64,000 nucleotides of DNA from Gordius albopunctatus (Eukaryota): contig OZ193910.1 in NCBI GenBank assembly GCA_964276515.1, positions 5,704,001-5,768,000 on the forward strand, written 5' to 3'. Shown piece by piece: positions 24,547-39,607 of the stretch; position 1 is the first letter of the stretch, and each line of letters opens with the position of its first letter. The notes beneath the pieces were generated by a model that was not told the DNA's origin, searched no databases, and saw only the letters and a program-made list of their open reading frames with translations. A program made the position numbers and the translations under genes.

Positions 24547-26206
24547 GCTCTCTAATTCAAACTATGGACCTAGTTGGCATATTTAGAAACAAATGAAAAG
24601 AGCTTTTTATAAATAGTGCAACCTTGCAGGAAGACCACAGGCGAAATTGGGTTGGGTTAAGTAAGATAATATAATTGTTGATGCTTTTTCTAACTACAAA
24701 CTTAATACCAAGGAGATTTTTAATGCATTTTTTTTAATCTAAAACCGTCTTAGATATTGAATTTATATAATTTTAATAAATTTTTGTTTGATAGTATTAA
24801 TTATTTATCGAAATTTTTTTTAAATCAACCCTCCCCTCTCTCCTTTAAACAACCCTGCCTGTGACGTTGTGTATTTTTAAATTCGTGATCCTCAAATCTG
24901 GCCATTTTAGAGCGTAATGCCTCACATATTCTGAACGTATGAAATTTTATATAAGGGGCGGCAAACGGATTTTAGCATTTAGCGTAAAATTTCTTTCCCT
25001 CTGATATCCTCTTCAAAAACTCTAGTAATTTTTGTTTATTTTTAACCCTTACACACTTAAGTTTTCTTAAAAAAATATAAAGCGCTTTTGATTTAATCAT
25101 ATTAAATAGGGCGCTTTTTAAACCTACCCTTTATCTTGGCATTGTGCAAGCTGCAGGAAGTTATATAAATATTGTTTTTGCGATCAGACATTTTTTCAGG
25201 TGTTTCATTTGTTTAAAAACAAACGTTAAGTGGTGGTATTTTGATAAGCCACAATATGCACTTAGTATAAGGTGCTCTTATATAATTACACAAAAACGTC
25301 TTGTCATCACGATAAGTATGAATGGAAAACTATTGTCATAATTATTATTATACATTTAATTTAGGGTTTCGAGGATTTTGTTACTCAATGTCTAGACTTT
25401 TGTTTATATTGGACTAGAGTGAATTATGTTTTAACGTTATATTTTGGTTAAATAAAGATATGCTTAGAGGTAAATGGGGGGGGGGGGAGAAAAAAATCAA
25501 AACATAATGGTAGAACATCTCGAAAGGACTTTTAATTTGACAAGCTCACGCATATGGTGTCAACCAGCACTGAGAAGAATACACTATGCTTCAATTAATA
25601 TTTGTTATATATTTATTATTTAACTCCTCACGTGGTTTATTTGGTTTAGTGAATGTCAACGTAATCAGCAACAGCAAACCCTGTTGTAGCTTTACTAGCC
25701 TTAATTATTAAAATAACTTTAATATTCTGATAATCAACGAAACGTGTTATGGGTGGATAAGATGCAGAGACATCTGAGTCCGTCGTCCACATATAATCCC
25801 GTTCCCGACATTGGTGAAAGTGAAATCTTGGTGAGTCTATGTCAAGCTCAAGGGTGAGAGGCAAATATTATCTCACACCACATCCTTAAATTAAAGCTTA
25901 ATCTTGCTTTATCGCCCTCCCCGACCCCCTCCCCTCAGAATATTTTTAATTGATGCCATGGTAGGGCATATGTATGTAAGTAAGACAATAACTCTGCTAT
26001 TATTATATGTATTATTATTGTTTATTTGTATGGACACGTATGTAAATTGATATAAGCTATGTTAATTCATCGGTAACATTATATATGACATATGAGAATT
26101 AAACCGTAACGCAAAGAATGAGGAGTTGCGATAATATTTTTAGAGTTCATTTTAGCTAAATATATCATTAATCATTCAAAACAAGCATTTATACAAAATC
26201 GGAAAA

Positions 26207-27559
26207 ATGGAGCATATACTCAGTAATCAACATAATAGATATAATCTGCACACATACATGTCGATTAATAATAAAGAAATTGGGACATCCGACGATTCTC
26301 AAACCTCATCTTCAAAATCGCCGATGTTGTCGACCACCCCTTCACCTTTAAAATCGAATCCAATGTCAAATAGTTCCGATGACAAAAACGAAGGAAACAT
26401 GGGTTGTGAAAAAGCTAATGAGGATATCTCAGATATTACAAATTTATCCAAGAGTTACTTGCCTAGCTTTAATATTGAGATCTCCAATCACGAAAACCCT
26501 ATCGAACCTGAAACAATGGCTGATCGAAAAATCGATTATAAATTCAAACAATACTTAAATTACACGAAAAAGAGGAGAATCATGCAAAGCAGTGACACGA
26601 TTGATTCCAAAAATTATATATCTAATGAGCCGCTGAACCTCGAAAAAAGAAAGGATATAACTATAAAGGGGGAATCCGTTAGTAAGGCATCGCCATCCAA
26701 ACCCCCAAAAAAGTTGTCAAAAATAGATGATTATGTGGACAATAACCACTTATCACCTCAAGCAATGCCATATTTACCCTGCATTTTTAATAAGCCATTC
26801 ACAGAAATGCAATATCCTATTCAGCCTTTCACTAACAATTTAGGACTAATGGCACTTTCTATGATATATGGAAATCAAAATTTTCCCATGCCCCATCAAC
26901 CCAATGCGAACCATACAGTAGGCAATTCCAATCAGCTTTTGGAGCAATATTTACCAACTCAGGACTTTACTATTAGTTCAATGGTCACTCAAACAATGGA
27001 TAAGATTAATATGGATTTGGGGGCAAAAGTTCAATCTGCAAAAAAGAAAGATGAAAAAAGTATGAATCTTGGAAACGAACCAGGTGGTGTTAGTAAACGT
27101 AAGAGACCTAAATCAATAGAGTCAAATTTACAGTTTAAAGAAAAACTCAGAGAGCCGACATTCGAAAAATCTGAAGATTTAAACTTGATTACCACGTCAA
27201 AGAAAGAAGTTACCATTTTTGAATCGTGCGATCTCAATGCATCTAAAATAAAAATTGAAAACGAAAATACTAGCGGGTCATCCTCAAACAACGAAGATAA
27301 TGTTATTTCTAAAATTAATAAAAGTCTTGAGGTAAGGAGACAGAATAATAGTGGTTTGAGAGATGAATGTTATTGGGAGAGGAGAAGGAAAAATAATGAA
27401 GCAGCCAAAAAATCTCGCGATTCTCGAAGGGCTAAAGAAGACGAAATAGCGATGAAAGCAGCTTTTTTGGAGCAAGAAAATCTAAAACTCAGGGCTCAAT
27501 TAGCTATGATGAAAAATGAGACCGCAAAATTACATTATTTGCTATTTAGCCATGTATAG
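26207..27559 (+). CDS. gt: giant/CES-2-like PAR-subfamily bZIP transcription factor, 450 aa, single coding exon
   Basis: C-terminal b[47 protein letters not shown]. The KEDEIA..AA.LE..N signature is typical of giant/CES-2-like proteins. EPLNL resembles a PLDLS motif. Orthology to gt is not proven. Confidence 0.88.
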   Translation: MEHILSNQHNRYNLHTYMSINNKEIGTSDDSQTSSSKSPMLSTTPSPLKSNPMSNSSDDKNEGNMGCEKANEDISDITNLSKSYLPSFNIEISNHENPIEPETMADRKIDYKFKQYLNYTKKRRIMQSSDTIDSKNYISNEPLNLEKRKDITIKGESVSKASPSKPPKKLSKIDDYVDNNHLSPQAMPYLPCIFNKPFTEMQYPIQPFTNNLGLMALSMIYGNQNFPMPHQPNANHTVGNSNQLLEQYLPTQDFTISSMVTQTMDKINMDLGAKVQSAKKKDEKSMNLGNEPGGVSKRKRPKSIESNLQFKEKLREPTFEKSEDLNLITTSKKEVTIFESCDLNASKIKIENENTSGSSSNNEDNVISKINKSLEVRRQNNSGLRDECYWERRRKNNEAAKKSRDSRRAKEDEIAMKAAFLEQENLKLRAQLAMMKNETAKLHYLLFSHV

Positions 27560-29264
27560 AATAATTATAGAAAGCTTAAATTGCTCAAATAAATACACCC
27601 TGCTCATACCCCATGCTCAAACTTATTTTGCCGACTATTGTCCAAAAATTTATAATTTACATGCATTTATCAAACCGACGCAATTTCAAACACCTTATTT
27701 ATTTTATTATTATTAATACTCCGTTTGTTGTTAATCATATATATTTTTTGTAATTGTTCAAGCCAAGTTTTTCTAGCATCAAATGCATATTATGGGGATC
27801 AAATCTCACGCAATAATAACAATATATATTTCGGTATATCAATTTTTATTTTATATGTGGAAATAAAAACGAAACAAAACATGTTTGCTGTTTATTTTTA
27901 AAATTTTGAGGCTACTTTTCAATTTATTTAAAAACTAGATAAAATATCCTATTAATTAAAAAAATTTGGTTTCCAAAATTATCAGCTCCAATTTCACATA
28001 ACTAAGTATTTTAATGTCGGCAAACGATAAATTGCGACTTTCGTAAAGTATTTATAAGAGTTATCTTAGGTTGTTGTGTGTGGGAAAACTATTACAGTTC
28101 TTTAGATAATTTCAATAGACTAAAACAATGGTCTACTGAACTCTAATGTCTCAGTAGCATCCGATTAACTAATGCGCGTCTCATTTGCTCGAGGTTTTTA
28201 CCACGGTAGAAAGTCCTTCATCAATTAAGTATACTTAATCTTACATACATTTCTTTGTCACGTATTAGGAGGGCATTAAATTACTAAGACTGAGTTTGTC
28301 TGTATGTGTGCTAATGGTGGGTGGAAGGAAGCTCTCTCTTACGCCTAAACACTCATTTTTAAATGTCATATTATAAAATTAAACTTGTTTAAATAATTAT
28401 ACTGTCTTAGAAATAAAGAATTGTCATTTTTTGATTAAACTTATTTATAGTCATGGGCTTAGCCAGGGGGGGGGGTAGGGAGAGGCGGTTGCCCCCTCTA
28501 AATCCAAAAACTTTGTTTAAATTTGTTATCGATAAAATTTCAAAAAATGATCATTTTTCTCCTCCCTAAATCATTGCCTGGCTACGCCCATGTTAATGCT
28601 CACTATATTTATATGAAAAAGGTACGATTCCTAAAAATGCAAGATTAAACTAAGGATATTTTATTATTTATAACTACATCTGGGTAGGCATTATCAAACA
28701 AAAGCTTGTATAAGACATTCTTCACTGAAGACTTATTTTGTGATAATCACCTCCTCAAACATAAAAGATATTTTTTATCTTTTCAATAAATCTGCCCATA
28801 ATATTTCTCTAAGTATATATGCAACATTAACAATCAGTTTTGATTTAATTAAATAAATTTCTATAATCCTGCCTCCTACAACAAACAGTTGACGCTTGCA
28901 GGTATAAGGACATACAAAGAAATTAAGTGAACATAAAAAGAGGGTAGTAGAGACATTCAATTAATTAAATGTAATTTTACTATAGCATATTATACCTGAA
29001 TAGTTATTGTTTAGAATGGTGGTTAAGTGAGTTCAGAGTTCGTAGAGAGGAAGTCTTATTGTTTACTATATAGTATACACCTAGAATTTTAATAGATCTT
29101 TCCCTGTAAAGGTTTTTTGCCTTCTCATATACGACATTCTTTTAATTTTTATTTTCTCATGTTAAGAACAATGTCCATGTATTAAAACTTTCACTAAGGT
29201 GTCACACTCTTCAACAATTAAGGTATTGGCCCCTGATGCTTTGTTAAAGTGTTTTAATTACGCC

Positions 29265-30390
29265 TCTGGATTTCGAATCAAATCGAATATTGTTGGTATT
29301 CGATTCGGATGCGATTTTTTTTGGAAGAAATATTCTATTCGAGATTCGTCGAATATTAAAATGAAGATTCGAATTCGATTCGAAAAAAATTTAAGGACTC
29401 CAAAACGATTCGAATATATATTAAGTTTTTTTATTATTAAAAAATACATTAAAAGGCTACTATGATTTTTAATTTGCATATACACATATACATTGGAAAA
29501 ATTTATTTGAAATATATTTAAAAAAATACACACATTGAAAATATTAAAGCGAACAAAAAACAATGGCGATATGTGTAAATCAATAACCGTTTTTAGCCAA
29601 CTTTTAAGGTAAATTATTTTCCAAACACTTTCTTCCTTAAACGATTGCTTGTGTTTGGTCAATAAATTGGTTCCGGTTGAAAATATTTTTCGCACGGGGA
29701 AAATAATCCAGATATAGAGAGTAGATTTTTTGTCAATTTTTGGGTAGCTATAAAACGACGTTGATTCGATTTCCACCATGCAAAGGCTCAACATTGGAGG
29801 CCGCACGTGGTTTGTGCAAAAATGTCTCCAATGGAAACTTTGCCCTGTTCGCTCTTAATAGCCTATCCAGTGTTGATACCTCGCTAGTTGATATAAAATC
29901 GGGCTGACTTCCTATAAAAGTTTCAAAGTCATCTTTAATTTATCTATAGGATATGCCATGTACTTTGAGCCCTAAATCAACGACACTCGCTAATAATACT
30001 ATCTTCTTATTAAATGCCATATATATTCAATTTTCTGTTTGGCCATCTTGACAGCATGATCTTCTATGCCTGGTTGATAATATGCCGGTAATACCAAGTT
30101 CTTTGTAAGATTTTCCCCCCGGATATTAAATTAGTTGCGCTGTAAAAGGGAAACTATCAATTTAACCTTTTAGATTTGTTCCATTCAATGTTGGATAGTA
30201 ATTCCTCCTAAGAGGAATTTAAAGGCCAAATCCAATGCCTGCCTTCTAAAATAGCCTTTTCTACCATTATATAGGTTCTGTTCCATCTGACTACCATGTC
30301 AGGTTTTGCCTTTATGTAATTAATTGATGGGTCAAATTCTTTACATATAGCCTTTAATCGTGAAATATTTTTGGGTGTCTTGCAATTTTC
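29265..30390 (-). pseudogene. Decayed hAT transposase with TTCGAAT-repeat subterminal region
   Basis: Minus-strand DMVVRWNRTYIMV (~30265-30300; the hAT DxxTRWNSTYxM motif) and C-terminal KIFSTG...IIYLKSW. TTCGA repeats at 29270-29415. Confidence 0.75.
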
Positions 30391-31606
30391 ATCAAAGCTC
30401 GTAATTTAATTTAATTGTGAATGTCGTTCTCCATAACTTATGTGAGTTTGAAAAATTTTTAATTAAACATTTCAAATTGTAGCAGGAAAAATAACTAAAA
30501 TGCCGTAAGATAAAAATGGCTAAATATTTGAGGCGAAGTTTTAAGTGCTTTCTGATTGAAAACCAAAGATATTTATAACGCATGCGCGTATCCTATGAAT
30601 TTTTACATATTTTTAATATCAAATACATGCTCTAAATAATAAAAATGTGAGCTTTAATCTGAATCACGCTATTAATACTTGCAATGTAAAAGTTAATTAT
30701 ACCAAATTTTATTAATAGATTTTCAATGCCACATTTTTGACTTATATAGTGCACAGCCAAGATTTAAATTAAAGGGGGCAAAAATTCGGTAATGCTATAA
30801 TATGTAGGGGCAAACTCATGAGTTTTATATTTTAACCATCATTTTGCTTCTACTGCGCCCATGATGAAATGATTAAGAATTATTAATAACCATCGTGTTA
30901 AAATAAATTTTTTTTGACATTATGTATGATTAAACAAATGGGCAGTTTGGATTGAAAAGAAGTAGGGGTATCTGGAATTCAATATTCAGGACCACAGTCC
31001 ACAGATTATAATTTTATTTGGGAAGGGCAAAATCTAAAAATATGATCTACTCGTTAAAACGAGGAATAGCCAGTATTAAATACCAACTCATTCATATACA
31101 AAAATTCCAGCTTCTTTAATTTTAACCGTTCAAAAATCCATAACGTTTTCACAAAAAAGCATATAGTTAATAAATAATAATTTTTATGGCATTAGATCTT
31201 TTTTGCCTTATAACTTATTAATTTCAATTTTCCAATGTCACTAAATTGTAAATTTTTTCTAATTTTATAGAAAAATTTTATGTTAAACAAAAAGGAGTCT
31301 TGTTAGTGTTGCCCAAAAGAAATAATAATTAAATATCTTAAAAAATGTTAAATTTAATTTTAAAACTAATTTTAAAAAAATGTTAAATCTTATTTTTCAA
31401 CTAAACAACTATAGGTCTGAATGGGGCGGGTTAATCCATGGGCCGTGCAGCAGGGCATAAATTAGGGCTGACTTAAAGGTGCGTCCTAGGCTCGGGACAA
31501 GATAAGTAAAACATTTCGGACTTTATTTTGCTCTCTTTCAAAATTATGAATACAAGAATGAAAGAAACCACGTAGTATTTTATGTAAAATAAAATTTTAT
31601 TTATTA

Positions 31607-33582
31607 CTAGCTGAGCCCGACCAAGCGTTGCTTTGGCTTAGTCCCTAATTAGTTAAATTAGTACAAATTAATTTGTAAAAGAGTTTATGATGTGAAAAAA
31701 TATAATGCTATTATATAGTTTAATAATAGAAAAGGTATATTTATTAATGATTTAACAGATTTACACACCGTTTAAATATTTATTAGGTATTTTATAATTT
31801 TATAGGTTAAAAAGTCCGATGTTTAGTTACAATATGCATAATTGGGTTTGGGTGACAAAAAAATTATAAACCGCTGGTATAAAAGTGACTGATAATGTTC
31901 GACAATGTAGAAAAAATTTAGAGTACAGCGTATATAATAATGTAATGTCATCATACCCTAAAATCTAGAGTATCTAAATGAAGATATTAGAAAACCATTA
32001 GGCGCCATGTTATTATTCCCCACACTATGACCGTCGTTGTATGTCCTTGTTACAATGCTATAAAATTTGCTGGAGAAAAGAAGGGCATGTGTTGCGCGTC
32101 TGGAAAAGTTAAACTACCTATACTTGGAGAAACCCCCAGTCATTAAAATTTCTCCTTGTTGGTTATAGTGCGGATTCTAGACATTTATCTAACATTAGGA
32201 AATACAACTCCAGCTTCCAAATGACATCGTTTGGCGCAGATATATTACAACACAATTCATGCCAACCTTTAAAGTAAAAGGCCAAATTTACCACAAAGTC
32301 GGGTCCCTCCTTCCAATACCAGATAAGCAACATAAGTTCTTACAAATGTAGTTTATCGGAGATAATGAGATTGGATTAAATGCACGCCTTGGAATTTCTA
32401 CTGGCATAAAAAGGTCTATCGTTTTACAACTTCAGACGCTTCTTCACGCTAAAAACAATTTAGTGCGCATTTTAAATATGATTTTCTTCGTGCTCTCGAA
32501 GCATTATTCTGTATGAATAATAGCTCATATAACTTCATTTAAAGTTTGTCGGTTAACCATTGTCTGCATTTATCAACTTACCGTTAAAGTAATCTTTATA
32601 TAATTTTAATATTAATAACCGAACTTCATAAAAATAGCAAAAAAGCGAAAGTTTTACCAATTCCTCCTCAAGCATCTAAGAAGAAGACTTCTCCTTAACC
32701 TTTATTAACAGCAAGCAACATCTTATTGTAAAGGGGGGAGAAAGCGTTTAAGTTCAATTAGGATGGGGAGGGGGGCAAAATAAATTTTTTTGAATTTTTA
32801 AGTGTTTTTGCATTGAATTTTTTTTGTCATTCAAGGGGGGGGGGCATAAACCCAAGAGCTATCTACCTAGACTATTGCGTTACGCAGTTGAATGGTTGCC
32901 ACGCTACCACCATCCTCTGTTGATCTTATTTTTTATAAAGGATACCCATCACTGCACGTAATCTAACTAATGTAGAGCAGACGTTCCGATTCAATTTTGG
33001 CTCACATATTACATTGATGGAATAATTGGCGGCATTTTAAATATGATTTTCTTCGTGCTCTCGAAGCATTATTCTGCATGAGTAATCATATAACTGCATT
33101 TCAAGTTTGTCGGTTAACCATTGTCTGCATTTATCAACTTACCGTTAAAGTAATCTTTTTGTAGTTTTAATATTAATAATCGAACTTCATAAAAATAGCA
33201 AAAAAGCACGAAACGTGGGAATGTTTCTAAAATCGCGCGTTATATTTATTTAAGAAAATGGTGATGTTTTACGGTTATATATTGCAAGAAAAACGGGGGT
33301 AGTTGAGTAAAAAATTGAGACAAAAGTGACAAAGCAATCGTGGAAAAAAGTTTAGGGTAATTAGTAGCACCATAAGGATAAATAAGTATAATAAATAATC
33401 CGCTAGATGGCGGTATAGACTACCAAAAAACATGGTTCCCGCTGTCGCAGGTTGATAAAAAGTATCTATAAACCATCTACAATGCTAAGGCAATAATCTG
33501 GCCAAATTTGGTGGCAATCGGTTAAGAACTCTAAAAGTTATTAGCTTTCAAAAAAAGGGACTTAGATTTTTATATATATAGA
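31607..33582 (-). mobile_element. Non-autonomous Helitron
   Basis: On minus: 5' TCTATATATATAAAA, 3' hairpin (CCAAAGCAACGCTTGG) then CTAG. Inserted between A and T with no TSD. Confidence 0.85.
32027..32475 (+). pseudogene. Helitron RepHel N-terminal fragment
   Basis: CPCY...KFAGE..GMCCASGKVKLP, NIRKYNSSFQMTSFGA, FKVKGQIYHKVGSLLP, KFLQM*FI; broken by frameshifts. Confidence 0.85.
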
Positions 33583-34349
33583 TTATTAAAGTCAAGGATT
33601 TTAAATTAAAATAAAGTCACTAATTTAAATATTATGATTCATAGATTCGATATTTTTGTCTTGAACTGAATTTAAAAATGGAAGATTTTAGGTCAGACAT
33701 GCTTCTATGGTTGAACATCAACCAATGCTACCAATTTTATTTGAATAATAGAGTTTTTGGGAATTCCAGCCATCAGTGCCACTAGTGAGGGCACTTTCAA
33801 TAAGGCAGTACTCTTATGGAAGAGAAAAGGACTAGATAAATGCCCAATAAAATAGATAGTATTTTATTTTCATTTAAGATATATTGAATTATAATTTTGT
33901 ATGTAAATCAAGAATTTGTGTGGCGTAGATTAGTAATTTCATATAATTTAAAAGAATTTTACAACTATGGGCTTGTTTTTAATTAGTGCAGGCCTGGTGC
34001 GGCGCAATTTTATAGTTAAATCTGTCGGCTGGCTACGGTCCAAAAAATATATTTGTGCGGGTATGGACGGGTCGCAACTCAATATTTTGGCCCATTCAGA
34101 TCGCTATAAACAACTATCACAATTTTCATAAAAAAGAGTAACATAAGCCAAATTTTGTAATTGCTATATTTATAATTTAATTGTTCTAGCTGTTTTAACA
34201 TGCTTATTAAAACTTATTTTGTTAGCTTTTTGCCGCGTGGGAAAATAATCGTCTACGATTTCACTATGAACGCCTTCTATTTAATTAATACATTTGTTAT
34301 TTTCGTGCGAATTAATTCACAATTCGCGCGTCATCACGAACGCGCGGTT

Positions 34350-36050
34350 AAGGGTATAATCGTGCTTCTCCATTGATTAGGAAATGGCCTTTCTACCAAT
34401 ATCTTGTTAAAGGCTCCTTCTTCACGACATCCGAGCAATGCTTCCATAGGTATTCCATCTGGACAATTTGCTTTTCCTTTTTGCATCTTGTTCATTAGTG
34501 TCCTAACTTCATCTTCCCGAATGAATTCGACCATATTTATGATTTGCTCAATATCGGGAAGGGAATCTCTGTCATTTGCAATATTTATAAGTTCCTTAAA
34601 ATATCCTTTCCATTACTTCCTTCGGTTTGAATAAGGTTTGACCCTTCTCGTTTTTGACTATTTTAAGAACTCCAACATCGCGACTTTTCTTCTCCCTTAT
34701 CTTGGCCAATTTGTACATAAGCCTATCGCCCCCTTTATGATCCAGTATGTTTGCCATTTCGGTATACGTGGCATTTTTCGCTATTGCAACGGCCTTTTTT
34801 GCGGCTCTCTTAGCGTCCCTATATTCTTGATAATCCTCACACTTTTTTGATTTATGCCACAGTCTATATAGATTTTCTTTTAATAAAATCCCTAACCGAT
34901 TGATTACATCACCATAGTTCCCTATTAATAGCTTTGCCTCCTTTGGTCTGTCCTAGAACACGAATCACTGTTTCCTTTATGTCCTTAGTCAGCGTCTCCC
35001 AATTGTCGTCTACGCCCCTTTGCAAATTCCTTGTACATAAGAGTGAAGAGGCTTTTTGATGGTATTTTTCGTTCCTTGATTTATCATTTGTCTTTCGTAT
35101 TGAATTCGAGATACATAGACCTTTCTTCTTTCGGGAATTACTCTTCTGTCAAGATTCATAACAAGGGGACGATGTTGCCTGGCGATCGGTATTACTTTAC
35201 AATCCTTGATATTCCACAAGTCTTTTCGCTGTATAAGCAAATAGTCAATTTGACTAAAATGCTTCCCACTTATATAAGTCACAATATGATCCTCGCGTTT
35301 TTGAAAATAGGTGTTAACGATTGGCATGTCTGATGCTTGGAATACTTGGAGAATGGTTTTCCCTTCTTTGTTCTTCAGAGAATGTCTATAGCCTCCATGA
35401 TTGCGTTCATACCTGAGGCGGTTTTTTCCTAAGTGGGCATTGAAGTCCGTCCCAATAATTAGCTTTCTTCATGTCATATTCCTTGTATTTCCTTTTTTAA
35501 TGAATCGAAGAATATATCTTTCTCTTTTTCCTTACACCCAATTTGGGGAGCATACGCGCACATAATCGTTAGGAGGCCCACTTGATCTACAATTTTCACC
35601 CACATTAGCTTGTGTGAACAACGCTTGACTCCAACTACCTTGTCCCTCTGTTTCTACTATTTGGTAACCCACTGTAGAATGGCTTATATCCTTCTCCTAA
35701 CTCCCGGCCTTTGGATGCGTTCCATCTCGTCTCTTATAGGCAGGCGATATATATCTTTCTTCTTTTTAGCATTTTTGCGACCTCGATGCTCTTCCCCGTC
35801 CACGTTTCGACATCCAGGCCGTTATTCGCATTCTTTCCACAACTAATTTCCTTAACCGCCTTCGTTGTGAGTTGGGAAATATCCCTAGTCTGTTTTTCAC
35901 ATAGCACGGGGGGGGGGATTCAGTATGCGTCGTTTGTGAAGGACGCCCTAGTTCTCTCGTGAAAAATTTTGCTTGAAACCATCATGATTTTGAAGCTGAT
36001 TTTTATAGCCGGGTTTCGAACTGACGCCAACCCTCAAGTTTTTGCACACG
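34350..36050 (-). mobile_element. RTE LINE, second decayed copy of the 1-3108 family (5' part)
   Basis: Collinear nucleotide similarity to 305-3108 without the MITE. ORFs 35010-35327 and 34334-34534 match APE and RT segments. Confidence 0.9.
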
Positions 36051-38750
36051 GACTCATGATTATGGTAAATATATTTTTTGAGATCGAAAACCTTAAATGT
36101 CTGTTACTCTTTTCAAGTCACACAGTGAAAGGGTGCAATACATATCATCAAAGATAATTTAAGGGTATGAATTCAAAATTTGTGTGTTTTTAATGAAAAT
36201 AGTGTATTTATACTTCTTTGAGTCTTATTTATAAAAGTTTATAATTCTGGAAGATTTTATATTTAGATCGTGGTTTGGCAGGGGTAAAAATTGATTTACA
36301 AGTGTATAACTATAAATTATTATATTTAGCTATGTTACTATATATCTTTTTTGTTTTTGTGAGGCGAGAAGACACTATTCTCTATAAGTGAATCTTTAAA
36401 TACATAAATAGTTAATATACAATTATTTTCATTGCCGATGTATCCATTAATTTTTGCTTTAAAGTTTCGCTTCAAACAATTGCGTTCAACACGTTCTGGG
36501 TCTTAAGGAATTGTGCCCAAGCAGTAGTCACACCTTAAAATGTTTCCCACTGACTACCTCTAAGGCGGCTTTCATAATGGGTGCAATGCGATGCAAAGCT
36601 AAAATTTTGAACACGAGTTAATTAAGCGTGGCAATAGTGTTTATACTTGACTTAATGGGACAAATTCATAATAATAAATAATCCCCAATTATTAACTCAA
36701 ACATTTGTAATTGTTGCTCAAAATTTTCGCTTCGCAATGCATCGCGTTCATTATCAACTGCAAACTTATATACTATCATTGCACTGTGTTACCTGAGTAG
36801 GTAGTTTTCGCTCCACACCTAAAGGGAGAGGCTTTGAGATTTTTCAATGCAAAAACGTTGAAAAATTAAAAAATTTATGTTTTTCCCCCCTCTAATTGAA
36901 CTTTTAAACTTTTTGCCCCCCCCCCTAATCCAAAACCTGGTTACGCCCATGTTTGAGACCCATAAGTAAATACTTTGTACTAAAAGTTTTTTAAATGTTT
37001 CTCTTAACTGATGGCTCAGCATTATATTAAAAAATAAATGGTAAATATTGTAAATTGCAAAGTAACTGTTGCCAATATATCGTTTCAAAATTTTTGAAGT
37101 AAGAAGTGCCGAACTTTATTATATCATTACTCTATATTGAACATATTTAACTTTTAATTATAAATAAATTAAAAGAAACTGATGTGATCAAGAAGTTGAA
37201 GGTGATACATAGAACGTCCCTTAAAAATTTCGTTTGATATTTTTAATATAAGTTAGAATTTACCTTTGGTTCAACTAAAACTAACGGCCGGCTAAACAAG
37301 AACAAACCAAAATTCTCTTGTCTGTTTAGACTTCGAGGTCGACTAAGAAAAAGCTGAACAATAATTTTTGTTGAGTCGACAGACACAGTAAACAAAATCA
37401 GGTCTTTTTACAATATTACTATAAGCTTTATAGAAAATAAATTCTCATTAAATGGAGAAAAATGTTTAGACAATACATATCCCGACTTTAACCTTATTTA
37501 TCTCACCAACTCGTTGTTATATTGATTTTAAACTTATATATTAAATAACAAATATTGAACTATCGAACAGTCGCAACTACACATGAAGCTCTGAAATATC
37601 TTAATTTTATTTTCCCTCAACATCTAGGATATTATTAGGACTTTAAAAGAAAAAGGACGCCGACTCATTGAGACTTAATAGTTGGTAAAACAGAAAAATA
37701 TGTTTATACTTTATCAGAAGATATTGATAACTTTTGTAAACAGCTAATAGTCCTAGTGGAAATTTTATAATGTGGCTCAAACCGTTTTTATTTTTATTGG
37801 CTCGTTTGTCAGTCAGTGCCCTCCACGCTAAATTAAGTAAAACTAGATGAACTATAAAATCTACAATATCAATAAACTATTTATTAAAAAATTATTCATT
37901 AAAAAAATTAAATGCCTATGTAATGTAGACAGGCATAGAATATTATATATTAATTATGTTATTTTCAGTGACACAATACCAAGACTGGACATAAATTGTA
38001 TTAAACAAACTATGCGCCCTATAATTTACGGAGGTTTAGAAATTTTATGATGTTATTAAACTTAATATATATATATATATGCCGGGATTGTATTTATTAA
38101 CATTTTCCAATATTTTAAAGGCACGCAACAATGAAATGGGGGGGGGGCACATATTCTGCCCGGCATAGGCGACTGGGTAGATATTCATCCGAATTCCCCA
38201 TTATTATATATATATCCGATAGGTATCTATCGATTTTCTTTAGTTTAAACTCGTTGTCACACAAAACCCCCTCCCCATATATAAATCTCTTAAGATATTA
38301 GACTATAATTAAGGTATCAGATGTCACGAAAAATTAGGAATGATGATTTTTAATCATATTGGAATTCCGTAAAATGTCATTCTTGGAATAAAAGTTTTAA
38401 TAATGTTTTTTATAAATGTCTTTTTTATTGATAAACAAACAAGACATATAATATTTAAATTGGTGGCGTTATTTCACTTTTTTGACATTCGTATGATTTA
38501 TAATTATATTCTTAAATATTGCCTACTTTCTTAAGAAAACAAATTACAACAATTCTTTATAAAATATAAATCAAATTTGCAAATACAAAATATTGTGCAG
38601 ATTATTATAAAAAATAACACTGTAAAAATATTACTCTTTTTAAAACAAATCCAAACAATTTTTTTTATATTGTAATTATTTTTTTTACAAAAAATTACAT
38701 ACACGACTAAAAAAAATATTGTTGTATTTAATATCAATCCGGCGTGCAAT

Positions 38751-38888
38751 CATGGGCGTAGCCAGGTTTTCGAGTAGGGGGGGGGGCGGGTTGCGAAACG
38801 TTTAAAAGTTTAATTAGGGGGGGCAAAACATAATTTTTTTAATTTTAAGGGTCTCTTGAATTGAATAGGGGGGCTACGCTACGCCCAT
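38751..38888. mobile_element. hAT-type MITE (CATGGGCGTAG TIR)
   Basis: TIR CATGGGCGTAG/CTACGCCCATG; near-perfect 8-bp TSD CGTGCAAT/TGTGCAAT. Confidence 0.8.
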
Positions 38889-39607
38889 GTGTGCAATTAT
38901 TTAAAAAGGCATGACTTAATTGACTTCGCATTTTTATTTAGGATAAATTTCTGACTGTAAAATAAAATAGTTAAAGAGAAATTAATATATTATTAGTTCA
39001 AAATCGTAGTGTTCAATAATGTAGCCTTACAAATACTTATGTCATAATCATGACTAACCGATTTAAGTATATGTTCGGTTATATAATTTGATAATATGAT
39101 TCGTATTATAGTAAAATATTAGTTAAGTTTGCTAATTAATATAATTTATTTTTCAAAATTAGCAGCTTTATAAAGTACGCATCAAGGTGTCAAATTAGGG
39201 TCCATAACATACTCATATAAATTTTAAATTATAAGCGCTAATTAATAGATTTTATATATTTTTAGTATTTTCTTAGCCTATATCAATCAATTTTTGTAGG
39301 CAATCATAAGAAATACTAAAGTCTTTTAGTTGCCTAAGAATATTCATACCAGCATATAGAAAAAATTTTGCAGCATTTACCAAAATTCTGTTTGTGTCTA
39401 CTAGATTTTGTAATATTGATTGAATACAAATGTGCGATTCTTTGAATTTCTCATTGCTATTTAAAAACATTATTTTATAACTGAGTATAAGCTTAAAAGA
39501 CTATGGTAGCCAAAATATTAAAGACTCTTTAAATCATTGAAAAATGTATATTTTCATTTTCAAGAAATGCATTGCCAAAATGGTATGTACTTCTTACAAT
39601 TTTCACC

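Larger units (their letters stand above)
31410..34106 (+). mobile_element. hAT non-autonomous element hosting a Helitron
   Basis: 8-bp TSD TAAACAAC (31402-31409, 34107-34114). TIR TATAGGTCTGAATGGG/CCCATTCAGATCGCTA (13/16). Relic FLGIPAISATSEGTF at ~33754-33800. Confidence 0.8.

Noticed and set aside
25600..26200. PAR-bZIP autoregulatory sites upstream of the giant-like gene
   Set aside because: Only half-site matches, which are expected by chance in AT-rich DNA.
29258..29806. 182-aa ORF as a host gene
   Set aside because: It is a chimeric read through a decayed hAT C-terminus and its subterminal repeats.
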